A stretch of DNA of 64,000 nucleotides, from NCBI GenBank assembly GCA_964452755.1, contig CAYVQY010000008.1, positions 34,578-98,577 on the forward strand. Direction: 5' to 3'. The translations under genes were made by a program, and so were the position numbers. Below are positions 1-9,454 of the stretch, one piece after another. Position 1 is the first letter of the stretch; each line of letters begins with the position of its first letter. Origin of the DNA: an uncultured Brevifollis sp. GTDB taxonomy: Bacteria > Verrucomicrobiota > Verrucomicrobiia > Verrucomicrobiales > Verrucomicrobiaceae. The notes below the pieces were generated by a model that searched no databases, was not told where the DNA came from, and saw only the letters and a program-made list of their open reading frames with translations.

Positions 1-177
1 CAGCGAGTGAACGCCGTTCGCCAGGTAGATGAAGGCGCTGCGCTTCGGCGCTGCGGTGGCCGTTTCAGCCGCGCGCAGCGGCACCATGCATTCGAGCATG
101 GGCAGGGAGATGAAGCTGCCGAGTGCTTTGAGCGTGTGGCGGCGGCCGATGAGCCAGGATTGGGTTTGGATGTTCAT
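1..177 (-). CDS. DUF1552 family protein, 5' part (runs off the window edge)
   Basis: My translation from ATG at 177: MNIQTQSWLIGRRHTLKALGSFISLPMLECM...KRSAFIYLANGV. It has a Tat-like RR and the LP-LE-M motif also seen in the 2770..4068 paralog, and lies directly downstream of a DUF1592 gene. Confidence 0.85.
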   Translation of the reverse strand, partial: MNIQTQSWLIGRRHTLKALGSFISLPMLECMVPLRAAETATAAPKRSAFIYLANGVHSL

Positions 178-222
178 AAAATGTAGCTTCGGAGAATCGT
201 AGTGATGGATTGATGAGTTGAA

Positions 223-2670
223 TCAGCGCTTTTTCATCAGGTCAGAAAGGGCAACGGCGCGAACGATGTCCTTAATACGGTAACCGCTCTTCTTCGCCTC
301 GGCTTGGATGGCGGCGAGGTCGTCCTGGTCGTCGAAGGCGAGGGCGCGGCGGAGGGCGTAGGTGCTGAGGTGCTCGATGAAGGCGCGGGCGAGCTTGTCG
401 CGGTCTTCGAGAAGGCGCTGCTTGAACTCATCCGCATCCTTGAAGGCGCGGCCGTCGGGCATTTCACCGGCGGAGTTGATCAAAGGGTCCGCACCAACGC
501 CCGCGGCGACTTTTTCATGTGTGCGCCACTGGCCGATGGCGTCGTAGTTGTCCCAGGCGAGGCCGAGCGGGTCGATCTTCGCGTGGCATGCTGCGCAATT
601 GGCGTCTTCGCGGTGCGCTTCGATCTTTTGGCGCAGCGTGGCTTTGGGGCTTTGCGGGGTCGGCGGCTCGATGGCGGGCACGTTGGCGGGCGGTGGAGGC
701 GGTGGCTTGCCGAGCACGACCTCGCTGAGCCACACGCCGCGATGCACCGGGCGGTGGCGCGTGCCGTCCGAGGTCAGGCCGAGCACCGCGCCCATTGTGA
801 GCAACCCGCCGCGACGATCCTCGGGTTTCAGTGAGACACGCTGGAAGCCACCCGATTTAGGCTCCGGCAGTCCGTAGAAGTCGCAGAGCCGCGCATTGGC
901 CACGGTCCAGTCGGTATGAATGAAGCTGTCGATGGGAGTGTTCTTTGAAAACATCTCGCGGAAAAACTCCACGGGCTCATTTCGCATGCTTTCCTCAAGC
1001 CACGCGTCGTAAACGGGATAGAGCTTCTTGTCCGGCGGGAACATGCCCACGCGGTGCAATTGCAGCCACTGCCGCGCGAAGTCGTCAATGAAGCGGCTCG
1101 ATTTGCCGTCCGCCAGCATGCGGTCCACTTCTTTCTTGAGGCCATCACCCTTCATCGCGCCGTCTTTGGCAGCGGCAAAGAGCGCATCATCGGGCATCGA
1201 ACTCCAGAGGAAATAGGAAAGCCGTGAGGCGAGTTCGATTTCCGTGAGATACTCGCGGGCCACCGGATCGCCCTCGACGAGGTAGATGAAGTGGCGGGAG
1301 GTCAGCACGCCCTGCATCGCGACACGATAAGCGTCGGCCAGTTTCTCGCCCGCCTCGCGCTCGTCGCGATACGATAGCAGATACTCCTCAAGTTCCTCCG
1401 CTTTCACCGGACGACGCCACGCACGCTCGGCGAAGCGCTGCAGATGCTCCGCGACCACCTCGGGCGTGGCATCATCTGGCGGCACGAGTCCCGCCCGCCG
1501 CGATTTTTCCGCCTCCGACACCAGCGGCCCCTCCCATTCGATCCAGTCGAGCAGCACGGTGGAGAAGAGACCGTTCCCCTTGTCATCGAACATCTGCGGC
1601 GCGTTCGGATTGAGGAGCAGAGTCTCGCTGCTGTGCGTGAAAATGTAGCCGCCGCGGCTCGCCAGCGCATTACGAAAGGCCGCGCCAGCCCGGCGGTCCA
1701 CGACGTCCGTGGCCACCACGCAGAAGTGCAGCGTCGCGGGCATTTCAAGAAACACCTCGAACTCATGTACCTGCGGCTTGTCCTCCGGAGCCGTGATGTC
1801 GAACTCGATGATGCCGTCCACCGTTTCCTCGCCGGTGCGCGTGCCGATGCTCAGATGCGCCGTCTGGCCGCCGGGGGGACGGGTTCCGCTGGCCTGGATG
1901 CGCAGCTTGTAGAGACCGCTGTGCTCCGGCCCCGTTTTACCGAACCAGTTCGGCGCGAGAGCGTTCTGGACCGTGCCGGGGAACATCAGGTAGCGAAGCG
2001 GCCGCTTGATGCCGAAGCGGTCCAGCGCCGCCTGCTGGTCCTTGCCGCCGCCGTATCGCAATTCCGCCGCGGTCATATGCACCTTGCGCGCCTCGCTCGT
2101 TGCCGTTGGAAACGCACGATCCAGCACCAACTCCGCCGCACGGTAATAGCGGTCCACATGCGATGGCGAGAGCGAAAGCTCCGAGCCAATGCGCTCAAAC
2201 CCGTGCCACAGCGTGTCCTCGTTCAGTTCTCCCGGCTTTGCCGGATCGTAGCGCACGCCGAGCAAATCATAGACCGTGTTTTGATACTCCTTTCGGCTCA
2301 GCCGGTAGTGCGACACCGCCGGCCGGGCCGCCATGCGCGCCGCGCGACCTTCCTTGATGAGCGCATCGAGGCTCGTGACAAACGCCGCGATCTCCGCCTG
2401 CGCGGGCTGCTTCTCCTTCTTCGGCGGCATCTCGCCCGAGTTCACCTGCTCGATCACCTCCGCCCAGTGATGCGTGTCCGCACCCAGTTTGAAATCCCGC
2501 GAGAGCTGGTCGATGCGCAGATCGCCCTTCTCCTTCTCCGGGCCGTGGCAGCGGAGACAATGCGTCTCCAGAAAAGCGTCAAACGGCTCCGCAGCGGAGA
2601 TTGTGCCGATTGAGGCGAAGCTGGCGAGCAAGGCGGTGAAAATGGATCGAAAATGGAGACGGGGAATCAT
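223..2670 (-). CDS. DUF1592/DUF1588/DUF1585/DUF1587/DUF1595 planctomycete-type cytochrome c protein
   Basis: Signal peptide, N-terminal [40 protein letters not shown] and C-terminal CAACH..IDPLG. Start moved to the ATG of MIPRLHF. Confidence 0.9.
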   Translation of the reverse strand: MIPRLHFRSIFTALLASFASIGTISAAEPFDAFLETHCLRCHGPEKEKGDLRIDQLSRDFKLGADTHHWAEVIEQVNSGEMPPKKEKQPAQAEIAAFVTSLDALIKEGRAARMAARPAVSHYRLSRKEYQNTVYDLLGVRYDPAKPGELNEDTLWHGFERIGSELSLSPSHVDRYYRAAELVLDRAFPTATSEARKVHMTAAELRYGGGKDQQAALDRFGIKRPLRYLMFPGTVQNALAPNWFGKTGPEHSGLYKLRIQASGTRPPGGQTAHLSIGTRTGEETVDGIIEFDITAPEDKPQVHEFEVFLEMPATLHFCVVATDVVDRRAGAAFRNALASRGGYIFTHSSETLLLNPNAPQMFDDKGNGLFSTVLLDWIEWEGPLVSEAEKSRRAGLVPPDDATPEVVAEHLQRFAERAWRRPVKAEELEEYLLSYRDEREAGEKLADAYRVAMQGVLTSRHFIYLVEGDPVAREYLTEIELASRLSYFLWSSMPDDALFAAAKDGAMKGDGLKKEVDRMLADGKSSRFIDDFARQWLQLHRVGMFPPDKKLYPVYDAWLEESMRNEPVEFFREMFSKNTPIDSFIHTDWTVANARLCDFYGLPEPKSGGFQRVSLKPEDRRGGLLTMGAVLGLTSDGTRHRPVHRGVWLSEVVLGKPPPPPPANVPAIEPPTPQSPKATLRQKIEAHREDANCAACHAKIDPLGLAWDNYDAIGQWRTHEKVAAGVGADPLINSAGEMPDGRAFKDADEFKQRLLEDRDKLARAFIEHLSTYALRRALAFDDQDDLAAIQAEAKKSGYRIKDIVRAVALSDLMKKR

Positions 2671-2769
2671 GATTGAGCACAAGGGATACGCCACGATTCC
2701 ACCATGCTTAGCGGATAGTCACCCACGAAAATCTGCGGTGCATCACGCGAAAGCGGGGCAGAAGCCATG

Positions 2770-4068
2770 CTAGACCAAGCCGCTCAACGTTCCCGTGCTC
2801 GACCCGAACGCATCCGCATCCGCGCCCATGTGCTGCAGCATGGAGACAAACAGATTGCTCAGCGGCAGGTTGTTGTCCGTCTTGAAGGCGTGATGCCGGC
2901 CGTGCTTGAGACCGCCGCCGGCGAGCAGGATGGGGAGGTTGGTGTTGTCGTGCTTGTTCGCGTCACCCATGTTGCTGCCGAAGAGCACCATGGTGCGGTC
3001 GAGAAGGCGGGAGTCGTCCTCACGCTTGGCGGCGAGGTTTTGGACGAGCTTGCGGAACAGCACCATCTGCTGGCGGTCGGCGTCTTCGAGCTGTTTCACT
3101 TTCTCCGGGGCCTGGCCGTGATGGCTGAGGCCGTGGTAGCCTTCGGTGGTGTTTTCGCCTTCGTGAATCTTGAAGGCGGGCGTGGCGAAGGCATCGACCA
3201 TCAGCGTGATGATGCGCGTGGAGTCGGACTCGAACGCGAGCTGTGCCATGGCGAGCATGAGGTCGAGCTTTTCAAAGATGAGCTTCTTGTCCTGGATGTC
3301 CGCCGGTTCGGACAGCGTGGTGGCGGGCTTCGGCTTCAGCTCCCATTCGCGGGCGGTGAGCAGGCGTTCCTCCACCTCGCGCACGGAGGTGAGGTATTGG
3401 TCGAGTCGCGAGCGGTCGTCGCTGCCGAGGTCGCGGCTGAGCTTCTTCGTGTGCTCCATGAGCGTGTCAAGAATGCTGCCGCGTTCATCAAGGCGGTTGA
3501 GCTGCTTCTTCACGGCCTCTTGATCGCCCTGGAGGAACATGCGTCGGAACAAGGCGGGTGCGCTGTCCTCGGCGGGCAGCAGCACGCCGTCGCGCGTCCA
3601 TGAGAGGCTGCGGTTCGCCTTGTCGATGTTCACGCCGAGATTCAGCGACGGGAATCGCGTGAGCTGGCCCAGCTTCTCCACCGCGAACTGGTCGAGCGAG
3701 ATCTGATTGCGAAAACCGCTCTTTGTCGGACCGCGTGCAGCGGTGAGGAAGCAGTTCTCCGCGCTATGACCTCCATTCACATCCGGATGCGACATGCCGC
3801 TGAAGAGGCTGAACTCGCCCCGCACGTCCGCCAGCGGTGCCAGCGTCTGCGTCAGCTCGTAGTCCTTGCCGGCGGTCTTCGGGAAGAACGGTTTAGGCAG
3901 GAAACCGAGGTTGTTCGAGATGATGAGCATCCGCCGCGGCGCCTTCGCCTGCGCGGCCCGGCCAAACACCGGCTTCATGCATTCCAGCAACGGCAACCCC
4001 AACGTGACGCCCGCGTTTTGCAAAAAGCGGCGGCGCGAGAAGGAGCGTGCGATGTGTGGGGCGTTCAT
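2770..4068 (-). CDS. DUF1552 family protein
   Basis: Tat-like SRRRFL...LPLLECM, ISLDQ, YLTSVREVE, YHGLSHH, NLPILLAGG, SNLFVSML. Confidence 0.9.
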   Translation of the reverse strand: MNAPHIARSFSRRRFLQNAGVTLGLPLLECMKPVFGRAAQAKAPRRMLIISNNLGFLPKPFFPKTAGKDYELTQTLAPLADVRGEFSLFSGMSHPDVNGGHSAENCFLTAARGPTKSGFRNQISLDQFAVEKLGQLTRFPSLNLGVNIDKANRSLSWTRDGVLLPAEDSAPALFRRMFLQGDQEAVKKQLNRLDERGSILDTLMEHTKKLSRDLGSDDRSRLDQYLTSVREVEERLLTAREWELKPKPATTLSEPADIQDKKLIFEKLDLMLAMAQLAFESDSTRIITLMVDAFATPAFKIHEGENTTEGYHGLSHHGQAPEKVKQLEDADRQQMVLFRKLVQNLAAKREDDSRLLDRTMVLFGSNMGDANKHDNTNLPILLAGGGLKHGRHHAFKTDNNLPLSNLFVSMLQHMGADADAFGSSTGTLSGLV

Positions 4069-4079
4069 GAACTGAAGGG

Positions 4080-6593
4080 TTACGGTTCTCCTCCGTGGTT
4101 TCCGAGAAAAATCCGGCTCTGCACCAGCGCGAGCAGCAAATCCCGCACGCGATAGCCATCCTTCTCGCTCGCATCGAGCATCGACTCGATCTCACGACGG
4201 TCGGAGAAGCGGACAGGAGTTCCGGTGGCGTAAACAGTAAACTGGTGGAGGAGATTCCGCGCGAGCTGGCGTGAATTGGCGGCAAGGATGTCCTTCAGGT
4301 CGTTCACATGCTTGAACTCGCGGCCGTCGATGAGTTTGCCGCTCGGATCGACCGACGCTGACAGCGTGTAGGCGAAGTCGTGGCCGGCGCGGTCGATGCC
4401 GGTGATGCGTTCGCCTTCCTCGACACCGCGATAGCGCGTGCGCCAGCCGCCGAGAATGTCGAAGTTTTCCAGCGCGAGACCGACGGGATCGAACCTCGCG
4501 TGGCATCCGGCGCAGCTTTTGGACTTTGTGTGCAGAGCGAGCAGATCACGGATGGTTTTGGCGCCGCGGATGTCCGGCTCGACGGCGGGCACACTCGGCG
4601 GCGGTGGTGGCGGCGGTTTGCCAATAAGTCGCTCCATCACCCAGGCGCCACGCACGACCGGCGAGGTGTTCGTGCCGTTAGCACTCACCTTCAAAATCGC
4701 CGCCTGGGTGAGCAAACCGCCGAATGGGCTGCGCTCAGGGAGTGAGACCTTGCGCAGGGCCGATCCGGTGAGCGGCGGAAGGTCATAGTGCTTCGCGAGA
4801 CGGTCGTTCACGAAAACGAAATCCGCCTTCACCAGCACGCTGGCGGGCAGGTTGTCGCGAATCATTGCGGTGAAGAAGGTGCGCGTTTCGCGCTCCATGC
4901 TTTCCACGAGATACTCGTCGAAGCGATACTCGGGAAACAGGCGAATGTCCGGATCATCGCGGCGGACGTGACGCAGACTGAGCCAGTAGTCAGTGAAGTT
5001 CTTCACAAAGCGGTCGAAGCCATCGCCCGCGATCAGGCGCATGGCTTCTTCGCGCAGCGTTTTCATCTCACGCAATTGATTTTTCGCCGCGAGATCGATC
5101 AGCCGCGCATCAGGCCGTGAATTGGTGAGAAAATGCGAGAGACGCGATGCGATGGCGAAGTGGTCGTCGGCGGATTCCGGTTCGCGCAGGAAAATGAAGT
5201 CGCCGGAGGCGAGGAAAGCCTTGTAGCCGGCCAGCATCGCCTCGCTGAATGGCGCGCCCTTGTCCAGTCGTTGCCGGATGAGCGCATCGAACATCTGCAG
5301 ATCGTCCTCCGGCACCGGCTGGCGCGCTGCGATCTTCACAAAGCGGCGCAGCAGGCGCTTCGCATCTTCAGGCGCATGCTTTGGCTTCATCTCGATGCCG
5401 AGATCATCAAACAGCACGCGATGCGACGGAGGCGGCCAGCTTGGTGGTGGAAGGGGCCCTTCGACCTCGAGCCATTGCAACGCGATGCCCGGCTGGCCGC
5501 CTTCCGGGAACGGCGGATAGCGATAAGTCGGCGCGGAGCCGTTGGGGTTCATCGCCAGCGGCATCGGCAGACCGAGCAGGCTGTATTCAAACGACTCGCC
5601 TTCGCGCAGAAGGATGGTCGTCTCATAGACCTGCTTCTCCGGCTGGATGTCGATGATGCCGCCAGCAGCACGCACTTCGTTGATGATGTCCACGCCGGCG
5701 GGCTTGCGCGTGCGAAAGGTCATCGGCACCGGCTGTTTGGCGGGAAGCAAGGTGTAGCCCGGCTGCTGCAGTACGGCCCGCGCGGAGAAGCGCACCCGGT
5801 AATGCCCGGCATGCTTCGCCACGATTCCTTTCGGTGTTCCCAGGTAGGGCCAGCTCGCCGAACGAAACAACGCCAGCTCGAGGCTTTCATCGGTCGGGGC
5901 GTCTTTTCCTTTGTTCCGTCCGAGGTCGATGAACTTGTTGTCCTTGGCGAAAAACATCGCCTCGCGATTCCCAAACGTGCTCGTGCCTGGAAACAGATCC
6001 GTGCCCGCCACGCGCCATTTCATCACCTCTGGCGGTTCGCGCTCTGTCACCATCGCCGCTCTCAAAGCAGCCTCCGCCGCGTCGAGATAGGCCGCGAGCT
6101 GCACGCGCGACATGTCCAGCATGTCGCCGCTCTTGTTGAAGCGATGTCCCTCGCGGTCCTCCGGTAAAATGTCGCGAATGTCGAGGTCGGGCAGTTGCAG
6201 CACATCGCGCAGGTTCTGCTCGTATTCGTCGCGATTGAGTCTGCGGAGCGGCCCGCGACCATGAGCGAGAACCTCAGCGCGATCCGCTTCGTAAAGAGCG
6301 GCACCCAAGCTCTTCACCAGCTCAGCCCTGTCCTCGTCGGCCATGTCTCCGGCCTTCGGCGGCATTTCACCTGTCTCGACTCGATCGTAAATGCGCACCC
6401 AGCGCTCGCGATTCGCACGATTCGCGAGATCAAAAGCCAGCGCCGTGAGATCAAGGTCGCCTTTCGCGGTGTCCGTGTCGTGACACTCAATGCAGGATTC
6501 CGCGACAGCCCTTGGTGCCTCAAGCCCCTGGGAACGGCTCCAAGAGATGGCAAAGGCGAAGATGATGATGGCAGGTTTCAAACGGTCGTGCAT
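4080..6593 (-). CDS. DUF1592/DUF1588 family planctomycete-type cytochrome c protein
   Basis: CIECH, RRLNRDEY, ASRLSHFL, TSPVVRGAW, CAGCH..FDPVG; paralog of 223..2670. Confidence 0.9.
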   Translation of the reverse strand: MHDRLKPAIIIFAFAISWSRSQGLEAPRAVAESCIECHDTDTAKGDLDLTALAFDLANRANRERWVRIYDRVETGEMPPKAGDMADEDRAELVKSLGAALYEADRAEVLAHGRGPLRRLNRDEYEQNLRDVLQLPDLDIRDILPEDREGHRFNKSGDMLDMSRVQLAAYLDAAEAALRAAMVTEREPPEVMKWRVAGTDLFPGTSTFGNREAMFFAKDNKFIDLGRNKGKDAPTDESLELALFRSASWPYLGTPKGIVAKHAGHYRVRFSARAVLQQPGYTLLPAKQPVPMTFRTRKPAGVDIINEVRAAGGIIDIQPEKQVYETTILLREGESFEYSLLGLPMPLAMNPNGSAPTYRYPPFPEGGQPGIALQWLEVEGPLPPPSWPPPSHRVLFDDLGIEMKPKHAPEDAKRLLRRFVKIAARQPVPEDDLQMFDALIRQRLDKGAPFSEAMLAGYKAFLASGDFIFLREPESADDHFAIASRLSHFLTNSRPDARLIDLAAKNQLREMKTLREEAMRLIAGDGFDRFVKNFTDYWLSLRHVRRDDPDIRLFPEYRFDEYLVESMERETRTFFTAMIRDNLPASVLVKADFVFVNDRLAKHYDLPPLTGSALRKVSLPERSPFGGLLTQAAILKVSANGTNTSPVVRGAWVMERLIGKPPPPPPPSVPAVEPDIRGAKTIRDLLALHTKSKSCAGCHARFDPVGLALENFDILGGWRTRYRGVEEGERITGIDRAGHDFAYTLSASVDPSGKLIDGREFKHVNDLKDILAANSRQLARNLLHQFTVYATGTPVRFSDRREIESMLDASEKDGYRVRDLLLALVQSRIFLGNHGGEP

Positions 6594-6642
6594 TTTGACC
6601 GCGAGTTAACGCCCCTCCGGGCACTGATTTTCCCACCAACCA

Positions 6643-7425
6643 ATGAACCGCTTCCTTCTCCTCATGTTTGCCGTGTCCGCCCACGCCGTTGAAATCATCG
6701 CCCATCGCGGCTTTTCCGCCAAGGCGCCGGAAAACACGCTCGGAGCCTTCGAACTGGCCTGGAAGAGCGGCAGCGACGCCTGCGAATTGGACGTGTATCT
6801 GACCGCCGACGGAAAAACCGCCGTCATCCATGACAAGGACACGAAGCGCACCGCCGGTGTGAAACTGGACGTGGCGGCGGCAAAGCAGGCCGATCTGATC
6901 GCCCTCGACGCCGGCTCGTGGAAGGGCGGGGAATGGGCGAATGAGAAGATCCCCACGCTGGAGCAGGCGCTGGCGACGATGCCGAAGGGCCAGCAGCGCT
7001 TCTTCATCGAAGTGAAATGCGGCGCGGAAATCGTGCCGGAATTGAAGCGCATCCTGGAGCCGATGAAGGACCGCGCGACACAGCTCGCGATCATCGCCTT
7101 CAATCGCGAGGCCGCCGCGGAGTCGAAGAAAGCGCTGCCCTGGGTGAAGGTTTACCGCCTCGCTTCCGGTAAAACAAAGGACAAGAAGCCCACGGACCTC
7201 ACGCAGCTCATCGCGGACACGAAGGCCGACCAACTCGACGGCCTCGACCTCAGCATGGCGGACTTTTCATGGGACGAGGCGATGGTGAAGCAGATTCGCG
7301 ATGCCGGCTTCGGCCTCTACGTGTGGACGGTCAACAAGCCGGCCGATGCGCAGCGCTTCGCGAAACTCGGCGTCGATGGCATCACCACGGACGATCCGGT
7401 GATGGTGCGTGAGGCATTGAAGTGA
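6643..7425 (+). CDS. Glycerophosphodiester phosphodiesterase (exported)
   Basis: IIAHRG...PENT, ELDV, HD, IEVK, WTVN, GVDGITTD motifs; signal peptide. Confidence 0.92.
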   Translation: MNRFLLLMFAVSAHAVEIIAHRGFSAKAPENTLGAFELAWKSGSDACELDVYLTADGKTAVIHDKDTKRTAGVKLDVAAAKQADLIALDAGSWKGGEWANEKIPTLEQALATMPKGQQRFFIEVKCGAEIVPELKRILEPMKDRATQLAIIAFNREAAAESKKALPWVKVYRLASGKTKDKKPTDLTQLIADTKADQLDGLDLSMADFSWDEAMVKQIRDAGFGLYVWTVNKPADAQRFAKLGVDGITTDDPVMVREALK

Positions 7426-7430
7426 TTTTC

Positions 7431-7503
7431 TGTGGAGTGGCGGCGATTCGTCGCCAAAGGAGAAGCTCACCACTTCAGGGCGACGATTCGTCGCCACTCC
7501 ACA
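7431..7503. repeat. REP-like inverted doublet (25-bp arms, 23-bp spacer)
   Basis: 7431-7455 TGTGGAGTGGCGGCGATTCGTCGCC matches the reverse complement of 7479-7503 at 23/25 positions; each arm has its own hairpin GGCGRCGA-T-TCGTCGCC. Confidence 0.75.
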
Positions 7504-7507
7504 ATCC

Positions 7508-9403
7508 ATGTCCCCCATCACTCCCGCCGTCGTTTCCGCCAAAGACCTGCGCCTTCAATTCGGGCTGCAGCAGGTCTTCAATGACGCGACGATGAGCATT
7601 CATGAGGGCGAGAAGCTCGGGCTGGTGGGCCGCAACGGCAGCGGCAAGACGAGTCTCATGCGCATCCTCGTCGGCACGGAGAAGCCGGACAGCGGCACGA
7701 TTTCACGCCGCAACGGCATCATTGTCAGCCACCTCGCGCAGGAGTTCACGCTGGATGAAGACGCCAGCGTGATCGACAACGTGCGCGCTGGTGCCTCGGC
7801 GCTGCTCGACATGGTCGCGCGTTACGAATCCGGCGATTACAAAGGCGATCAGGAGGACGAGCTGCTGCATCAGATCCAGCTTCACGACGGCTGGGGTGTC
7901 GAGACGCGCATTCAAACGGCGATGAACGAACTCGGGGTGCCTGCGGCGGATCGTCTCGTCAAAGGTCTCTCCGGTGGTGAGAAGCGCCGCGTGGCTTTGG
8001 CGCGTGCGCTCGTCTCACAGCCGGATCTGCTGCTGCTCGACGAACCGACGAACCATCTCGACGCCGAATCCATCGAATGGCTGGAGAAATTCCTGCGTGA
8101 CTTCGGCGGCGCGGTTCTTTTCGTCACGCATGATCGCTACTTCCTCGACCGCGTGGCCACGCGCATCATCGAGATCGACGACAGCCGCATCTACAGCCAC
8201 CCCGGCAACTACAGCGCATTTTTGGAGAGCAAGGCGATCCGTGAAGGCGTGGAGGCGAACTCCGAGCGCCGACGCCAGAGCTTCCTGCGGCATGAGCTGG
8301 AGTTTGTCCGCGCCGGAGTCAGCGCACGCCGCACAAAGCAGCGGTCGCGCCTGGATGAATTCGAGCGTGTCTCCGCCATCGCCGCGCCCGAGGCGGAGTT
8401 GGTGATGGATTTGATCATCCCGCCCGCGCCGCCTCTCGCAAACACCGTCGTGGAGGCCACGGAATTGGGTGCCCATGTCGATGACCGCTGGCTGTTCAGC
8501 CATCTCGATCTCAGCTTCGAGGCCGGCACCTGCACCGGCATCATCGGCCGCAACGGTCTCGGCAAAACCACGCTGCTGCGCATGCTCATGGGCGAGCAGC
8601 CGCCGAACGAGGGAAAGGTCGCCATCGGCAAGCGCACGGTTTTCAACTACGTCGATCAGCAGCGCCTGCTGCTCGATCCGGAAAAGAGCGTGATGGAGGA
8701 AGTGGCGGGACCGAACAGCGACTTTGTGCAATTCGGCCCGGAGAAGCTGCATGTCCGCACCTATTTGCGGCGCTTCCTCTTCACCGACGAACGCGTGACG
8801 ATGCGCGTGAAGGAACTCAGCGGCGGCGAGCAAAGCCGTGTGCTGCTGGCGAAGATCCTGCGCCGCGGCGGCAACTTCCTCATTCTCGACGAACCGACGA
8901 ACGACCTCGATCTCGCCACGATGCGCGTGCTGGAAGAGGCGATCCTCGCGTTCCAGGGCTGCGTGCTCGTCGTCAGCCATGACCGCTACTTCCTCGACCG
9001 CGTGTGCGACCGGTTGATCGCCTTCGAAGGTCAGGGACGCATCCACGAATGCGCCGGGAACTACAGCTACTACCAGGAAAAACGCGCCGCACAGGCCGCC
9101 GCCGAGCTCGCCCTCGTCGCCGCTCCGGTGAAGAAGGAAAAGCGGGCGGCTGGCTCGACGAAGCCGCGCAAGATGTCCAACCGCGAACAGCGAGAGCTTT
9201 CTGAGCTGGAAGGTCAAATCGCCGCGTTGGAGACGGAAATCGCCGCCATGGAGGCAGAACTAAGCAACCCGGAGACCTTCGTGAAGCTCGGTCCGGGCAC
9301 GAACGACTACATCGCCAAGCTGGAGGCAAAGAAGAACGAGCTTGAAGTCAGGTTCACCCGCTGGGCCAAACTGGAAGAGATCAAGGCGGCCTGCGACGGG
9401 TGA
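7508..9403 (+). CDS. ABC-F family ATPase (Uup-like, with C-terminal coiled coil)
   Basis: Two ABC domains (GRNGSGKT / GRNGLGKT, LSGGE twice, LDEPTN twice), no TM segments, C-terminal KMSNREQREL helical domain. Confidence 0.9.
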   Translation: MSPITPAVVSAKDLRLQFGLQQVFNDATMSIHEGEKLGLVGRNGSGKTSLMRILVGTEKPDSGTISRRNGIIVSHLAQEFTLDEDASVIDNVRAGASALLDMVARYESGDYKGDQEDELLHQIQLHDGWGVETRIQTAMNELGVPAADRLVKGLSGGEKRRVALARALVSQPDLLLLDEPTNHLDAESIEWLEKFLRDFGGAVLFVTHDRYFLDRVATRIIEIDDSRIYSHPGNYSAFLESKAIREGVEANSERRRQSFLRHELEFVRAGVSARRTKQRSRLDEFERVSAIAAPEAELVMDLIIPPAPPLANTVVEATELGAHVDDRWLFSHLDLSFEAGTCTGIIGRNGLGKTTLLRMLMGEQPPNEGKVAIGKRTVFNYVDQQRLLLDPEKSVMEEVAGPNSDFVQFGPEKLHVRTYLRRFLFTDERVTMRVKELSGGEQSRVLLAKILRRGGNFLILDEPTNDLDLATMRVLEEAILAFQGCVLVVSHDRYFLDRVCDRLIAFEGQGRIHECAGNYSYYQEKRAAQAAAELALVAAPVKKEKRAAGSTKPRKMSNREQRELSELEGQIAALETEIAAMEAELSNPETFVKLGPGTNDYIAKLEAKKNELEVRFTRWAKLEEIKAACDG

Positions 9404-9411
9404 CAGCGAGC

Positions 9412-9440
9412 ATGCGGCGGATTCACGTCCGCCGCCGCAT
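9412..9440. terminator. GC-rich hairpin between convergent genes (possible bidirectional terminator)
   Basis: ATGCGGCGG...CCGCCGCAT inverted repeat between stops at 9403 and 9455; only a short T tail. Confidence 0.5.
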
Positions 9441-9454
9441 TTCGTCAGTTCGCA

